DNA of 31,860 nucleotides from a virus (Duplodnaviria; Heunggongvirae; Uroviricota; Caudoviricetes): IMG/VR virus record IMGVR_UViG_2778261226_000007; one strand, 5' to 3'. Shown piece by piece: positions 30,547 to 31,860 of this stretch (position 1 is its first letter; each line of letters starts with the position of its first letter). The notes under the pieces were generated by a model. It saw only the letters and a program-made list of their open reading frames with translations, ran no database searches and was not told where the DNA came from. The position numbers and the translations under genes were made by a program.

Positions 30547-31860
30547 ATGGATAAAGTCAAATATCCAACAGGCGTCGAAAACCACGGCGGCACATTACGC
30601 ATCTGGTTTAATTTTAAAGGTAAACGTGTCAGGGAAAATCTTGGTGTCCCTGACACTGTCAAGAACAGGAAGATCGCCGGAGAGCTGCGGACATCTGTAT
30701 GTTTTGCCATTCGTACAGGAAACTTTGATTATGCTGCGCAGTTCCCTGACTCTCCTAACCTCAAGGCTTTTGGGGTAAATAAAAAAGAAATTACGGTGAA
30801 AGAACTTGAAGAAAAGTGGCTGGATCTGAAACGCATGGAAATCTCTGCAAATGCATTCAATCGCTATAAATCCGTTGCAAGAACGATGGTTCCGAAAATT
30901 GGAGATAGCAGACTGGTGTCAACGGTGACCAAAGAGGAATTGCTGTATATCAGGAAAGATTTGCTGACCGGATACCAAAATCCAACAAAAGGTAAAGCTC
31001 GAGTAAAAGGACGAAGCGTTGTCACAGTAAATTATTACATGACGACAATCGCTGGAATGTTCCAGTTTGCTGCAGATCACGGTTACTTAGAAGCAAATCC
31101 CTTCGAGAGAATTAAGCCTCTTAAAAAAGCCAGGGCAGAGCCAGATCCGCTAACTCGTGACGAATTTATTCGCCTGATAGATGCTTGCCGGCATCAGCAG
31201 ACAAAAAACCTGTGGTCATTGGCTGTGTACACAGGAATGCGTCATGGTGAACTGGTCTCCCTGGCCTGGGAAGATATCGATCTGAAAGCAGGAACAATTA
31301 CTATCAGGCGCAATTATACGAAACTCGGTGAGTTCACTCTACCTAAAACTGAAGCAAGTACAAACAGGGTTGTGCATCTTATCCAGCCCGCTATCAGTGT
31401 CCTGAAAAATCAGGCTGAAATGACAAGACTGGGTAAGCAGCACCACATCAAGGTGCAACTACGTGAATATGGACGTTCAGTGAATCATGAATGTACTTTC
31501 GTATTTAACCCCCAGGTGGTTAGAAAAAGCAAACAGGTAGGTTTTATCTACAAGGTAGATTCCATTGGCGACTCATGGGAAACAGCCATTAAGCGTGCTG
31601 GCATCAGGTATCGAAAGGCATACCAGTCACGACACACTTATGCGTGCTGGTCATTATCTGCCGGAGCAAATCCAAGCTTCATTGCCAGCCAGATGGGCCA
31701 TGCAAGTGCCCAGATGGTGTTCAATGTATACGGAGCATGGATGACTGACAGCAATGCAGAACAGATCGCCATGCTGAATCAGAAGCTGGCAGATTATGTC
31801 CCAATGATGTCCCATAGTCACCAAAGTGACACAAGAGGTCTATTAAAATCAGTAAGTTAG
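30547..31860 (+). CDS. int: Tyrosine integrase
   Basis: GGAGG SD. Has an N-terminal arm-binding-type domain. The catalytic region contains TGMRHGEL, SRHTYACW, GH and Y (MVFNVYGAW). The stop codon is the last triplet of the window. Confidence 0.92.
   Translation: MDKVKYPTGVENHGGTLRIWFNFKGKRVRENLGVPDTVKNRKIAGELRTSVCFAIRTGNFDYAAQFPDSPNLKAFGVNKKEITVKELEEKWLDLKRMEISANAFNRYKSVARTMVPKIGDSRLVSTVTKEELLYIRKDLLTGYQNPTKGKARVKGRSVVTVNYYMTTIAGMFQFAADHGYLEANPFERIKPLKKARAEPDPLTRDEFIRLIDACRHQQTKNLWSLAVYTGMRHGELVSLAWEDIDLKAGTITIRRNYTKLGEFTLPKTEASTNRVVHLIQPAISVLKNQAEMTRLGKQHHIKVQLREYGRSVNHECTFVFNPQVVRKSKQVGFIYKVDSIGDSWETAIKRAGIRYRKAYQSRHTYACWSLSAGANPSFIASQMGHASAQMVFNVYGAWMTDSNAEQIAMLNQKLADYVPMMSHSHQSDTRGLLKSVS

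Larger units (their letters stand above)
1..31860. mobile_element. Lambdoid prophage, truncated at the left by the window; right end is at or near the int-proximal attachment site
   Basis: Contiguous immunity, replication, Q, lysis, packaging, head, tail and int/xis modules in canonical lambdoid order. Confidence 0.9.

Overview
The window is almost entirely one lambdoid temperate prophage of an enterobacterial-type host, with an HK97-type head/packaging module and a lambda-type tail module. It runs from a truncated tail gene L at the left edge to the integrase stop codon at the right edge. On the minus strand, read right to left: cro-like, ORF6N/KilAC antirepressor-like, Lar-like, Rha-like, Rha, a 74-aa ORF, replication genes (O-like with internal iterons, DnaC-like, DnaB), RusA and Q. 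These are followed by an ORF6N gene, an AT-rich AraC-family moron, two holin-like genes, an M15 endolysin and a cluster of small genes. Then come HNH, TerS(P27)/TerL, portal, protease, major capsid, head-tail joining genes, the tail tube, the G/G-T chaperone with an A-run -1 frameshift site, an AT-rich lipoprotein moron, the tape measure, M and L. On the plus strand: a CI/LexA-type repressor, a terminator, a near-consensus pL-like promoter, an AT-rich accessory operon, an excisionase-like gene and int. The accessory operon holds an HTH protein plus a truncated paralogue, unknown coupled ORFs, small membrane peptides and an inner-membrane-type SPFH lipoprotein. The main non-obvious signal is three paralogous ~270-nt non-coding modules on the minus strand (17910-18178, 23223-23503, 23879-24156), each directly upstream of an antirepressor-like gene (ORF6N, Rha, Rha-like). 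Each module contains a promoter, a 5' hairpin, two short boxes (a1, b1), a hairpin plus T-tract, a 77-79-nt structured core with loops a' and b' complementary to those boxes, and a second copy of the boxes (a2, b2) with b2 overlapping the Shine-Dalgarno. The box and loop sequences differ between modules but change in a compensatory way, and the helper hairpins also covary. This is the logic of the P1/P7 immI c4 antisense RNA, here in three copies with different address codes, one of them placed at the Q-dependent late-promoter position. The six-frame track hides these modules as N-terminal extensions of the Rha ORFs and as a 128-aa ORF. All family assignments come from reading the translations and from memory of the families; no database search was run.
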